NCBI GenBank assembly: GCA_951406725.2
Contig: OX597831.1
Location: 82,832,001-82,896,000, forward strand
Origin: Octopus vulgaris
Taxonomy: Eukaryota
Direction: 5' to 3'
DNA: 64,000 nt
Shown here: one piece after another, positions 43,099 through 56,716 of the stretch
Layout of the letters: every line of letters begins with the position of its first letter
Position numbering within the stretch: the first letter of the stretch is position 1
Position numbers and translations under genes: made by a program
Notes under the pieces: generated by a model
Database searches by the model: none
The model's input: the letters and a program-made list of their open reading frames with translations, nothing else
What the model was told of the DNA's origin: nothing

Positions 43099-44352
43099 TG
43101 TGGTCTGATAAATAAGTATCCGGACTGTTGCCATAGTAATGAAGCTAAAGCACACAGAGTGAAGCTGCTTGACAAAGATTGACCTTGAACTCTGCTGTGC
43201 ACGTGCACTAAGTTTTAACATTCTAGCTCACTTCCATTGTTTACAGCAATGCTTGGAAGGAAGGTGTGCAGCATGTGATCGTTGCTTTGATCATGACAGA
43301 GAGAGAGAGTTGAGCAGAGAATCTGCATCAAATTTTGCCAAAAGCTTAGCAATACCTGCTGAGAGGCCTACGTAAAGTTGCAGAAAGTGTATGGAGGGGA
43401 GTGTATGAGCCACACACAAGTGATTCAGACGTTTCCAAGATGGCTCAAAAAATGTCCAAAGTGACAAACATTCTGGGAGACCCACTACCAGCAGAACTGA
43501 GAAAAACATCTCACATGTGCATGCAGCTGTGAGGGAAAATTGTCGAATCCCCATCTGTGAGTTATCAGATATGCAGATTAGTTACAGTTCAGTTCAGTCC
43601 ATTATCACTGAAGATTTGGGGAAGAGGCACATGTCTGCCAAGTTTGTGCCAAAACTGCTTTCAGCTGACCAAAATGACACTTGGGTTTCAGTTGCACAAG
43701 ATTTCCTTGATTGTGTCGAGAATAATGAAAATTTTTTGAAAAAGATCATAACGGGTGGTGAATCATGAGTTTATGATCTCGAAGCAAAGGATCAGTTTTC
43801 GCAGTGGAAGTCCCCAACCTCTCAGAGACTGAAGCAATGTGAAGACACTGTTGACCGTTTCCTTCAACTGCAAGGGGATTGTTCATCATGAGTATGCTCC
43901 AGCTGGTCAGGCAGTAAACAAGGAGTACTACCGTGACGTTTTGCGGCATTTGTGGGATGCATCTGGTGAGTGGCAATTGCACTACGACGATGCACCTGCC
44001 CATTCAGTGCAGCTTGTGCAGCAGTTTTTGGCTAGACACAGCATCCCCCAGATCTGGCAGACACCATACTCCCCAGATCTCAGCCTTTGCAACATTTTCC
44101 TCTTTCCAAAAATCAAATCCTGCTTGAAAACAAGATTTCAGGATGTCCAGGAAACCAAAGTAAATGCAACAAGGCAGCTGCTGATTATCCCAGAAAACGA
44201 GTTCCAGGAATGCTTCCGTCAATGGAAACAGCACTGAATTAAGTGTACGGCTTCTGAAGGGGACTACTTTGAAGGAGGTTAAATGCCAAATTGGTACACG
44301 TTGTGGGTTTGATTTTATAGCCCGAGTCCGGATACTTATTGATCAGACCTCT
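43099..44352 (+). mobile_element. Near full-length degenerate mariner transposon with both TIRs
   Basis: TIRs ggtctgataaataagtatccggact and reverse complement ggtctgatcaataagtatccggact, with TA flanks. Transposase fragments SAKFVPKLL, ITGGES, HYDDAPAH and PYSPDLSLCNIFLFPKIK are broken by stops and frameshifts. Confidence 0.92.
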
Positions 44353-47300
44353 TATTTATGTTAGAGTGTGTATGTGTGTGTGCATGTCAGTGTGTGTGCA
44401 TGTGTGCATGTGTGTGTGTGTGTGTAAGAGTGTATATATTTGTGTGTGTATCTGTCATACACAAACATGCGCATGTGTGCACACACTTAAACACATTCAC
44501 ATTGTATTCTACCACCGATGTTGTCCTTGTGCCAAATAATAAAATAATTATTATTATTTAAAAGAATGTAGAATAGATTAGAGAATTCTAGAACTGATTC
44601 TCAATTTAGGAGTGAAATGTTTTCTGAATTTGGCAGAGTCCATTCTGTGAACAGTGTTCCAATACCAGTAATATACAGAAGAGTTAAGGATATTGTATTT
44701 ATAAAACAAATCCATCTTCATCCTCATCCGAATATTTGTTTGTTAGGTTAGAGCAAAAGACCCACCTCTACCATTTCTAGCCATATTTTCTTCTTGACTC
44801 ACTCCATCGCCAATCACTGCCATTATCTACATTACTATTGCAACATGTAGATGTCCTCCATGTTGATGTCATTGTAATTCTCTACAACATATAAGTGTCC
44901 TTCATGTTGGAAGGTTCCATCATGTACCAATGCCAGCTTTTGACATGGTTTTTATGGTTGGTTGATGCCTTTTCTAACATCGAAACCACTTTACAGAGTG
45001 GACTGGGCACTTCTTTTGTGAGAGCAGCACTTGTGAGGGAGAGTCGTAATTTGCAAGCTTAGAGAGCACACTTAACTGAGTGAGGAACAGTAAAGAGCCC
45101 ATTGAGTGAGAGTGTGGTTTTATTTTCAGAGATGAGAGGTTAAAGTATGATAGAAGGAAGAGAGACAGCAAAGAGCCCACTCGACGGACTGAGAGTGTGA
45201 TTGGAGATGGTTGGAGAGGTTAAAAAATCATAAGATGATGATGAGTGGGTAAAGGGGAGGTAAGAGACATGGAGATGGTGAGAGGGAGATAAAGGTGGGT
45301 CGACAGGAGTAGGTTGAGGAAAGGAGGAGGGTAGCACAGGGGAATTGAAAATACACACACACACACGCACATATAGAGGAAACAGGCTGCCTTTCAAAAG
45401 AGACAACTAGGTTTGAGCTTAATCTATTTCCATTGAAGATTCTTCACGTTTCTTCATTATTTCAGAGACATTCGGAGACATTCTTAAAATCATGTCAATG
45501 TGTGTGTGTGCATGTGTCCGTGTATGTGTAAACAAACACATACACACTCACAAACAGGCACACATTCATATAAGTAACGAGAAGAGGTTAATACAAGAGA
45601 GCATCCAAGAATGTGTTTCTCCCTGCAAAACAACTGATATTTCTTCAACCGACTGAGATCAACCAACTCCAAGGAATGGAATCAGACTCATTTCATACTA
45701 ATTGGGTGGTGGAGTTGATAGAATTGGACTTTTATCAAAGGTTATTGCAGTCACGTCAACAGCCTGAAGCAGAGAGTTCTGTGCTAAGATTTCTTCAGAT
45801 ATAACCAAGTTCTGTGAATTCCCTGCAGACATCAGCGTTCAAGGTGTCAAAGTTAAAACTCTATAATGAAATACAAGTTGTGCTAATGGAATTAAAAATA
45901 AAATTATTATATTTAGTAAATAGTTCGGCTGAAATGATTTGTCAAGGGGAATAGAGTGGGGAGTGTGGGGGTGGGTAGGAGACAGTTTGAAACCGAATTT
46001 GAAATGCAGGGCAGAAATATATTGCCAAAAATATTGTTGATAGGTATTTATTGTGTGTGTGTATATATAGATATATATAGAGATAGATATATAAATGATG
46101 TTGTTGTATTATATATATATATGGAAGTGTATTGATGAAACATAATGTCTATAAATTTATTGAAATTTATATAGCAAAATACATTTTGAAATATCAAAAG
46201 GAAAGGTGGAATGCTCTAAAGTTAATAAATATCTCAGAATGGTGCTATAAAGAATTGTTGTGACTCGTTGTAATAGGTTATGGACATTGTGTGTGTGTAG
46301 TCTAGCCTGGAGTGAAACTCGTAGACTGTCAACTCTGGATATAATAAGCACATCTATTCGTTTCAACCATCCTTTGAGGTTTGAATTGCGTAATGTTTGC
46401 ACAGGGTAAAATATATTTTTATTATACTTTACAACACTTACAGTATGTGTGTGTGTGTGTGTGGCTTCTGTTTTTTAAACTATTATAAATCTTCCAACAA
46501 AGATACAAGACTGTGCTTTGTGTCAATTTTATTGTCTTCAAGCTTCCGGGCATAATACCCATGCCTAGTTTTTTTTTTTTTTCTTTTGTATACTGAGTGC
46601 TTGCCATCCAGCTCTTCTCTGAGGTAAGAGAGCCCAGCTCTTTTGAGGCTGTATAGGAGATCATCAGGAAGAGAGTGCTTCTTAAAGAGCTCACTGCCAA
46701 CTTGTACAATGTTGCTCACTTCACTTTTCAGCACTGCATTTTTATATTTATTCTGTGTATGTATCTTCAGAGAGTTCAAGCTGGTTGCTAACAATGCGAC
46801 AAGACTTTTGAGTTAAGAGGATTCCCAGTGTTTGTCAGTATGTGGTTGAGTTGATGGAACTCTCCATGCATAGATCCAAGCATGTGCCTCTATTCAGATA
46901 AGAATCTCAAATGGAGAAATTTCTGGATTGTCTTACAGATAGTCATTGTGCAACAAATAGATTGCATCTGGAGAATCTTCATCAGTTACTTTTGCTCTTT
47001 GGAGTATTTCTAGAATTTGTGCAAATTTGTTGGTACATAACATAATGCACTTATAACGATGGCTACAAATGAGAATTCATAGCCATGATACAAGAGCTGA
47101 AAGTTCCACATTGATTTGCTAGAAATGTTCTCTTTTTTTTGGGGGGGGGGACTTTTGATCGTACATTTACATGAATCTACTAAACTAGAGGACATTTTGT
47201 TTACAGTAATCATAAATACATGTATTATTACTCAAACAGAGCCGCTGTGAAAACCTACAGAAACACATACACATCTACATTAATGTGTGGCACAATACAC

Positions 47301-48139
47301 ACACACACACACATATACACAATCAACTTTTGTGTAGTTTTTGTCCTCAGAACCAGCATCACCACAGAGATCTCAACAGACCATATAATGCCAAATAAGC
47401 TCAGCTCTCACCGCTTTCCAGTAATAACATTGAAAGTATTTATAGGTTCATTTGTTATCTTCAATGTATGTTACTGTGACCCTTGCATGTTTTCTTTCCA
47501 AATGTAGGATTAGACTTTTGGTAAGTGTGTGGCACACAAACTCAGCTTGTCCCTTTACCCTATCCTTAATTTTTAAACCAAGGTATACTATGCCATCTGT
47601 CCATCCTCTTATAATGTAGAGCTCACACAGAAACCCTTTATGGCTTAGGCATATATTTGTATGACAGCTTGAGGTAAAGATGCACTCATTCCTGTAACAC
47701 AGAACTGCCATGCCATCTTTTATCTAAAAACCCTGATAGTTCATCTATAGCAAAATCTTTTACTAACAGAAGAGGCTAGATTTAAATTGCTATCAATAAA
47801 ATATAGAATTGATCTTCTTTGGAGTAAACCAGTGTATGTTTATGATTGTTACCAGCATTGTTATTCCTATTGAAAGCTTTACCAAAACAATTCTCACAAA
47901 ACATCACATTTTGTCTCAAAATATTTGTGCTCCAATACATGATATTTTTGTGTATTGTTTTATATTCTTTTGTAGTGAAGTTCAAATTTTTCTTGTGGAA
48001 ACTTGGTTTCTTGTCAATATTTTGTGCCTGAATGTAAGCATACGAAACGTATTTGAACTCAAAACATAAAGAACGTGAAGAAATGCTGCAAGATATTTTC
48101 TCCAACATCAATATCTCAGCCAGTGATAATAATAAAAAT

Positions 48140-48520
48140 CCTTTCTATTATAGGCACAAGGCCAGAATTTATGTTTTTTTTTAGTGGGAGTAGTCTTACA
48201 TTGAGCCCTGTGCCCAACTGGTACTTATCTCATCAACCCTGAAAGGGTGAAAGCAAAGTGAATCTCAACAGAATTTGAACTCAGAACATAAAGTTGGACA
48301 AAATGCCACTAAGCTAACAGTTCTGCTAGCTCTCTTCTCTTCTACCGATAATAAAGTTGGCTTTGAATTTAAGCACAAGGTCAGCAACTTTGAAGGAAGC
48401 AGATTCTTGACTGCCACCTTATTCTATTGATCCCAGACAGATGAAGAGCAAAGTTGATCTTAGCAGGATTTGAACTCAAAATGTAAAGAATCAACAAATA
48501 CAGCAATTATTCCAACACAC
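48140..48520 (-). mobile_element. Two degenerate family A SINEs
   Basis: tataggcacaaggcc...actggtacttatc...gaatttgaactcagaacataaag, with a second copy from about 48360. Confidence 0.7.
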
Positions 48521-49219
48521 TAATGGTTCTATAAATAATAAGAACAACAACAACGACGATGATGATGATGGTGATAGTTCTTAGAAGGAAAAGTAGATGA
48601 TATTGATAATAATCTTTGAGACAAACTGCATTAAGAAACAGGAAATGCATGGAACATAGGGAGTATGGTTTTAGTATTCTGCTATGAAAAATACTAATAC
48701 CCTTGCTTTAGCTGATGCCAACTTGTCTAAAATTTGGTAAAATATTAAGATGAGGCTGTTTATTCCTCAATGAACGCCAATCTAAAAACTGACATAATTT
48801 CATTGCAGAAAATTTGGCAAACTAAGAGAATAGTGATTCCTTGTGAGACAGACTTTCGGTCGAGCTAAACAACAATTGGCAAGAATCAATATCAAAGAAT
48901 GGAGGTATTCCATTAAAAGTACATGAAAATAAGGCAGGAGATAATTACAGAGGAAGATTTATAGAAGAAAAACTTTAAGTGAAGCAGATAAGATGCACTG
49001 GCAGAAAACAGGCAGTCAAGTTTCATGTACGTTAACTATATATATATATATATATACACATATATATATATATATATATTAATTATGTGTTTGTGTGCGT
49101 GTGTGTGTAAATATTACACTTGCATAAGTACTTATATTGTGTGTGTACACATACACATACACTAATAGATATATATGTTATATATTTACATTACATGTAT
49201 TAGATGTCTTTTACAGATA

Positions 49220-49262
<43 letters not shown>

Positions 49263-49419
49263 CATATGTAGTATGTGTGTATACACATACACACACATGC
49301 TGTACTTTTTACATAACATATGTTGCATGTGTGTATTTCTATTTAATTCGAACTTTCATAAGATTACTTTTCAAAAAAAATGGGGAAACAGCAAATAAAT
49401 TTGTAATTTGTTGGCAAAA

Positions 49420-49555
49420 GTGATTAGGAAACTGGTCAACCAAATGGTTTCGGGTTCAGTCCCTCTCTGCAGCATCTTCACTAAGTGTCTTCTATTATAG
49501 TTCCAAGCTTTGTGAATGAATTTCATAGATGGAAACTGTGTGGAAGCCATTCATA
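49420..49555 (+). mobile_element. Family C SINE, degenerate
   Basis: aaccaaatggtttcgggttcagtccc...aagtgtcttctattatag...tagatggaaactg. Confidence 0.65.
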
Positions 49556-49569
49556 TATATAGATATATA

Positions 49570-50777
49570 CATCATCAGCATCACCACCATCATTATTGTT
49601 TAATGTCCCTTTTCCATGCTGGCATGGATTGGACGGTTTGACAGGAACTGGTAAGGCCAGGTGCTACATCAGGTTCCATAGTCTGTTTTGGCTTGGTTTC
49701 TGTGGCTGGATGCCCTTCCTAACACCAACCATTCCACAGAGTGTACTGGGTGCCTTTTACGTGGTGCCATCACCAATGCTCTTTAAGTGGCACCTTGGTT
49801 TTAGGATCTCAGTTCTGTTGTGGTGAGCAGGTCGTCTCAAGCACAGCAATACACCACATATCACAGCCCCCTGTCATCTTTGTAGGGTTCAGCATTTTGA
49901 GACCAGCCTTCACTACTTCATCCCATGTCTTCCTGGGTCTCCCTCTTCCACAAGTTCCATCCACTTTAAGTGACTGGCACTTCTTTATGCAACTGTCCTC
50001 TTCCATCCACATCATATGACCAAGCCAGCAGTCTCCTCTCTTCCACACTGCATCCAATTCCTCTTATGCCCAACTTCTCTCTCAATATACCAATGCTCTG
50101 TTGCACATCTAGCAGAGCATACCAGCTTCATTCCTTTCCAACATTCGCATGTCCTCAGTATTAAAGGCCCATATCTCACTACCATACAGCATCACAGTTC
50201 ATACGCATGCATCATACAATCTTCTCTTCACTCAGAAAGAGACCTTTGGTTACCAACAGAGGTAAAAGCTCTCTGAACTTTCTCCATCCTATTCTTATTT
50301 CTAGCAATTACACTCTCTGTACAACCTCCTCTGTTAATTAGGGCTCCTAGGTTGAAAACATTTATCTACAACTTCCAGAGAGCCACCAGGAAAATTCAAA
50401 AAATCAGTTTCCCATGCATCTGTGGTCTTTATGGCCCCTGTACATCTTCCACATACAAACGCTACTTTCTCTGTTAACCTTCCTTATTCCACAGCACCTC
50501 TTGTGTGTCCATAGCTTGCACTGGGTACACTGAATGGAATTTCTGCTCACACCCTTCCTACATATGAAGCAGGGCCATTTACCTGATGGGTGAAGGGTCC
50601 TATCCAATTTCTTGCTTACAAGGACCTTGGTCTTTGCTAAGTCTACTTTAAGACACTTTGATTCCAGGTTCTGTTTCCACACTTGGAATTTCTTTTCTCA
50701 TTCTGTTCCTAATTAATTAGAATATAATTCTCTCTACAGCTTTCATCACCTGCTCCAACAATTTGATGCTTCTATAG
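49570..50777 (-). mobile_element. Diverged RTE LINE with an internal deletion
   Basis: Minus ORFs WKQNLESKCLKVDLAKTKVLV...WPCFICRKGVSRNSIQCTQCKLWTHKRC and CIKKCQSLKVDGTCGRGRPRKTWDEVVK. An isolated YRSIKLLEQVMK block lies at about 50740-50777. Confidence 0.88.
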
Positions 50778-50801
50778 ATACTTATATATATATATTTATA
50801 T

Positions 50802-51107
50802 ATATTTTTACATACAAAATTTAAAGGACTGCCCACTAAAAGTGGACGGTCAACATGCTAGATATAGACGTCAAGTCGCTATTTTCCACAAAGAATATGT
50901 TCTCAAATAAAAATCCAGCACGGACCAAAGCATTAAAAATAAGCAAGACAAATGAAAATATACGAAATAAAAATGATTACCCATGTACCGATCAGTTTCG
51001 ATTGTTATTATCCACGGATGTGGATACCCGCAATCTCCTCAGCATAGTCTGTCATATAGAAATACAATTTGCAGGACTAGATACAAAACGTTTGTATGTA
51101 AAAATAT
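50802..51107 (-). mobile_element. About 306-bp non-coding element bounded by 17-bp inverted repeats and carrying a hammerhead ribozyme
   Basis: atatttttacatacaaa (50802-50818) is the exact reverse complement of tttgtatgtaaaaatat (51091-51107). The left end abuts a TA-rich tract. Confidence 0.7.
50981..51047 (-). ncRNA. Type I hammerhead ribozyme with an intact catalytic core
   Basis: Minus strand: cuaug CUGAGGA gauug-cggg-uauccac-aucc-guggaua-auaa-caauc GAAA cugaucgg UA caugg. All conserved core nucleotides are present. Stem I is 5 bp, stem II is 5+7 bp, stem III is palindromic with one G-U, and the triplet is GUA. Predicted cut is between plus 50986 and 50985. Confidence 0.8.
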
Positions 51108-51246
51108 TTTAATCTTCGGATTTCTTTAATATGCTAGGCTGCTGGTTTTAATTGATTAATATCAATTTCTACCCTTATTTGATTTTACATTTATATTTAT
51201 ATATGTATATATATTATCAGAGTGATAACTCACTCTGATATTTATC

Positions 51247-51280
<34 letters not shown>

Positions 51281-51282
<2 letters not shown>

Positions 51283-52609
51283 AGGGAAAGTAAAAAATTG
51301 TCCGCACTTTCCCCATGACATATCTTTATTATTGTCACACTGCCTTCTGCGCATGTGAGCTCATATTTGGTACTATTGTGGTCAGGTGATCGAAGATTGA
51401 GCCTCATTGCACCATTTTTCTTTCTGGCTTTACGGTGTAAGCATGGCCGTTCTACTAGCAATGTGCACCAAGGAAGAACAAAGAGCAGGGATCTGATTTC
51501 TCTGATCGGAAGGTGTGTCATGTGCTGCAATTCATTGGAGGCTTTTTAGCACAAAGTGGTGACAGTTGCACTACCGCGTAGAAGGCATGGTTGGATTGAG
51601 AAGTTTAAAAGTAGCTGGAGAAGCATGATGCACGAAGGGAGAGTACGATGTCCGTCAACCTCCACCACTGATGATAAGATTCAACAAGCTCAAGAGATGG
51701 TAATGGTGAACTTGTGAGTCACCATCGATGAGGTTGCTCATTCTCTGCAGATTAGTGATGGTTCTGCCTACCAAATCATCCATGATAAGCTTAGCTTCCA
51801 CAAAATCTGTGCAAGATGGGTGCCAAGAGAGCTTACTGCAGAGCACAAGCACAAACATCTGCAGGTCTGCCAACGTTTGCTCAATCACTACAACAACGAG
51901 GAATTTTTGAGCAGAATAGTCACAGGAGATGAAACGAGGGTCCATCATTATGAAGCAGAATCCAAAAGACAATGTATGGAGTGGAAACACCCTGGCTCAC
52001 CAGCGAAGAAGAAATTCAAGACCCAGTCTTCCATGGAAAGGTGATGCTAACCCTTTTCTGGGACTCAAAAGGGCCTATACTGGAAGACTACCTGGAAAAG
52101 GGGTGTACGATCAACAGTGCAAGACACAGTGCTTTGCTGGCCATCAAACGGAAGCCAGCAGTTTGCACCAAACGCCCCAAAGCCTATTGTTGAAGAAAGT
52201 TTTGTTGCTGCATGACAATGTACACCCACACACAGCCACTCCGATCGTTAAAATCATTAACCAATCAGGTTTCAAGGTGCTGGAACACCCTGCCTACATC
52301 CCAGATCCTGCCCCTTCAAACTATCCTATCTTTGGACTGCTCAAACATTGTTTATGAGGTCGTTGATTTCCTACGGATGAAGATGTGAAGGAAGTGGTGC
52401 ATAAATGGTTGCACAACCAGCTGAAAACCTTCTTCTTGGAGGGAAAACCCAAGCTTGTGGGCCGCTGGACAAAGTTCATCAAAACAGAGGGATGTAGAAA
52501 AAGGATGTACTTGCTTATCCTTTGCTTGTGCTAGCACAGAAAATGGACGTTAAACAATGATGATGACATAGAAAAAACAAGAGTGCATATAATTCTTGAC
52601 TCCCCCTCA
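51281..52609 (+). mobile_element. Near full-length degenerate mariner transposon with both TIRs, inserted in (TA)n
   Basis: Left TA|caagggaaagtaaaaaattgtccgcact; right reverse complement TA|tgagggggagtcaagaattatatgcact. Transposase motifs ARWVPREL, IVTGDETRVHHYEAESKRQ, GKVMLTLFWD, LLHDNVHPH and HPAYIPDPAPSNY. Confidence 0.92.
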
Positions 52610-52611
52610 TA

Positions 52612-52718
52612 TATATAAAATACAAAATGGGACAAGAACGCAAAACATCCGGACAACTAGATGGTACAAAAAGGGACAACAAAACATCCGTTCTTGTCAC
52701 ATTTTGTATTTTATATAT
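52612..52718. repeat. Short fold-back element with ~23-bp inverted arms between TA tracts
   Basis: aaatacaaaatgggacaagaacg ... cgttcttgtcacattttgtattt (1 mismatch). Confidence 0.85.
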
Positions 52719-52874
52719 ATATATACATATATATATATATTTCTATGTCTAGTTATATTTGTAATATATTATGTATAATGTCATTGCTGTTGTGTAATGG
52801 TTTAATAAAGTATTGAGTGGGTATTATCTGATGGTTGATGATTGATTTAGGTATATTTCTCCATTTTCTCATTT

Positions 52875-52916
<42 letters not shown>

Positions 52917-53943
52917 GCAGCATACGTACACTTTGTTCTCTTATATATATAGCAATTTCTCTTTTTCAGTCCCAGAACATTTGTCCTAACTACACTACAC
53001 CAATAATCCTTAATCCAGTCTCTCTTCCCTCTTCTCCCTATTTCTTTCTCTTGTCCCTTCATACATAACTTGTAGGGACCTCATGAGCTATTCATGTGCC
53101 CCTAGTTTCACTAATGACCACCATATCCCATTGCAGGAACTCCTTCTCCACGCCGACAAACACTAAGCAATGGGCTTCATTCCTAACCATTGTGATTCTC
53201 TTGAAGAGGGAATATGACATGAATGGTGCCTTTCTCTGGGCCAAAGCCAAACTTCATTCAAAAGAATCCTGCCGTGAATCAGTTTCCAAACAACTCTTTC
53301 TCTTTCTTTCCTCACCTTCTCCAACAGCCCCATGCTGCACTCGGTTCCTTTACAGGAGTGTGTGTGTGTGTGAGTGTGTGTGAGTGTATGTGTGTGAGTG
53401 TATAATACGGATATATATAAAATATACATCCACACATAATATTGTGGAGTTATGTCAAAATAAACGTACACAGACATCTATGCATGAAAGGCCTATATCT
53501 ATGCACGTGTGTATATGTTGTTCTCTACATGAACACATGGACAGACACACATATATAACAAGAAGAGAGATTATATTGAGAGAAGAGAGAATTGTATGAA
53601 CTAGATGAGGAGAAGGAGAAAAAATGGTGGATAATAAGATGTAGTCAAGTCAGAAGAACAGCAACAACAACGATGATGATGATAATTCAGAAATAATAGA
53701 TAAAATTAGACAGAAAGTAAGACTTTTATTCTTGGAATTGTGTTCAACATGAATATACGAAAATTTGAAGATAATGTCATCATCATCATCATCATTAACA
53801 TGGTTACACATGCATTGACTGCATAAATATGCACAGCAATGTAGGCCTTCAGTGTATGCACTGTCTGCACATGTGTACATGCAGTTAAGTGCATTTTTTT
53901 TTGCTGCACTGATAGTGGCTTATGGAAAACGTGTGTGTGAGTA

Positions 53944-53985
<42 letters not shown>

Positions 53986-56438
53986 TGTGTGTGTGTGTGT
54001 GTGCACTGTTAATAGTGTCACTGAATGAGTGTGTGCAAATCCTGTGATCTGTTTTACATATTTATGCTTCATTTCAGATATAAGTATGCTATGTATGTAT
54101 GTCTGTGTGTATCACAATATATATATATATATATGCACACACACGTCCATATGTATGTAAATATATGCATATGTATACACACACACACACACACACATAC
54201 ATGTATGAAAATTCTAGCATAAAAGATCAAGGAAACCAGACATTCAAAATGATTCTGCTAAACCATAAAAATCTGTAAAACAACACACATACACATGAAT
54301 ACATAATGAACACACACACACACACTCACACTCTCATAGGCACACACAAACACACAATAACACACATACACATATGTCTGATACTGTAGATTTTATTTTT
54401 TACGGTTTGGTCTTGTAGAAGAGTTTGTGATCTTAATCTATGGAGACCTCCCTCCCATGGTGGGGAGTTTGATACCATCAACATTCCTTGGCTGCAGGTT
54501 AGGCATTTGTTGAGTGGGAGTTTCATAGGGTTATGAGTGTTGTGATTAAGGTAGGGGTCATCATAAGGATGATAAGAGGAGAAACTAATGAACTGGGAAT
54601 CTCTGAGCAGTGGAGGTACCACCATCACAAGACCTGAAGAAATGATGAAGTGAGGAGACAATATATGTCTGTGAGACAATCCAGGAATCATTTTCAGGTA
54701 TTCTTGGCCTGGCAGTGCAACAAGACAAAGTTTACAGGAATTGAATTACCATCAGGTGGAAATGACTGAGATGTACACAGAACAATGAAACCATTCTATA
54801 GACTCTGGTTCACTGTCCAAATTTGGTGGCATTCTGCAATTATGTTGAATAACTGTTAATGAAGGCTCATGAGATGAGATGTTGTGGTGTGACTTTGTGT
54901 GGTGTTGTATTTCAAATATCACCACACACTTACTTATTCCCTTAGCAATAACTGGGTGAAGCTGTTAATGATAAACAAAGGGCAAGAGATAACCAAGTCC
55001 CAGTAATTAAATGCTTGAATGTCTAATTAGGTAAAAGTTATAACAAGCCAATATGAGATTTAGAATGAACAAAGCAAACCTTATCACATCAGGCAAGATT
55101 AACACCCACCTATAAAATGTGGTACAACACCTCAGTTTTACAAACAAACAGAAAGCAATGAGCACAGTTATTACATACGTAAACCCTGCAGTGACTGAAA
55201 CACACAAACCATTTCATGATAGGGTTAGGGTGAGGGTAACTCAGCCGGGTGACTGAGGTGTAGCGGATGATTCCATCAACTGGACGAAACAATTGTTAAT
55301 TAAACTGGCACTACCCCCACCCTCCCCACCCCAGCCGACAATCAGCAATGAGCCACATGGTGAGATATTGAGAGATATTGAGGAACTGAAGTATTTCAAG
55401 GTGATGCTTCTTGGCCAAACACACAGGCAATAATCTCAAATAACTTGGCCAGTTGTAGCTCTGAACTTACATATGTTCAATGCAACTATAAGTAAACATT
55501 TTAACAAGCTTTAGTATAGCAATGATTGGCAAGTGGATATATTTATTACTGCTGTCATGAACTCTAAGTGGTGGGGAAAACATTTAGATGAGTATAAAGT
55601 AAATCGAAGGGTTAACAGTCAACGTTTTGTTGATATTTTCCTTTTTACGCTCTATTCTTGATTAATATTGTGTATGAGACCTCAGTCATGGAAATTTTGG
55701 CAGGGGATCCATAGAATAAATATTCTTCTTCTAACTATCTTTTAATGTTTTTGGCAAAAGGACAAGAACCATTCAAGTTAGAAAAATAAAATTGTAGAAA
55801 TCTCACATCATTGATTTCAGCTAAAAGTTGGTATTTTATCAAATTGGGTAGATTCCCACCCCTAAATAGAGTAGACTCTACCCCCAAACAGAGTAGACCC
55901 TATTCCCAAATTGAGTAGACCCTACAACCAAATCATTTTACATTGATTTTATTTCTTTGAAATCTCAATCAAAGTTCCTTTTGCCTTAATTAGATCATGT
56001 ACTTAAATGTTTTAAATAATTTCTAGATTTACCATTTAGTACTTAAACTAGCTCTGCCCAAATATTCTACCAGTTTTATTTTGAAACAGACCAGATCCAG
56101 CTTTTCACACTTACCCTATAATGTCATTCCAAACATAATTACATCATCACTGAAATCTCAAAGCCACCAGATACCAAAATCTGTTTAATTCATGACAAAA
56201 TGAATGAATAACCATAAACATGAATGCCATGGGTTCGATGAAATAAATATTGGAGTTGAATGTCCGTCAAATAAACAGGAAGAAATCTGAAGAGCTTAGA
56301 AGCACTGAATTCATTAACAGAAGGACTTCATGTGCAGAGTAGCCGGGTACTCTAACTGGAAGATCAATGGTTTATGACGTATCACAGCAACTGTGCTTAC
56401 GGTATTCCTATTTCTAACAACAACAGTCCACTTAGTTG

Positions 56439-56546
56439 TATACAGGTCCCATAGTCTAGGGACAACTCATTGTTGTGAGCAACAACAACAACAAATGATG
56501 AATGCTTTTCTTAGTGTTGAGTGCTTATATAAGCATACATATGTAA

Positions 56547-56604
<58 letters not shown>

Positions 56605-56690
56605 TCCACACTAAGAAAAGCATTTGCCAATTGTTACTATTGTTGTTACTAACAACAGTGTGTTGTCCTTACACTATGAGACTTGTATGT
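56439..56690. repeat. Imperfect inverted repeat (~85-bp arms) around a (CA)n loop
   Basis: tacaggtcccatagtctagggacaac...aatgcttttcttagtgt versus reverse complement of the right arm tacaagtctcatagtgtaaggacaac...aatgcttttcttagtgt. Confidence 0.85.
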
Positions 56691-56716
56691 ACATATATAT
56701 ATATATATACACACAT

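Noticed and set aside
55219-55240. Telomere-like tagggttagggtgaggg
   Set aside because: Only one exact TTAGGG; too short for an interstitial telomere call.
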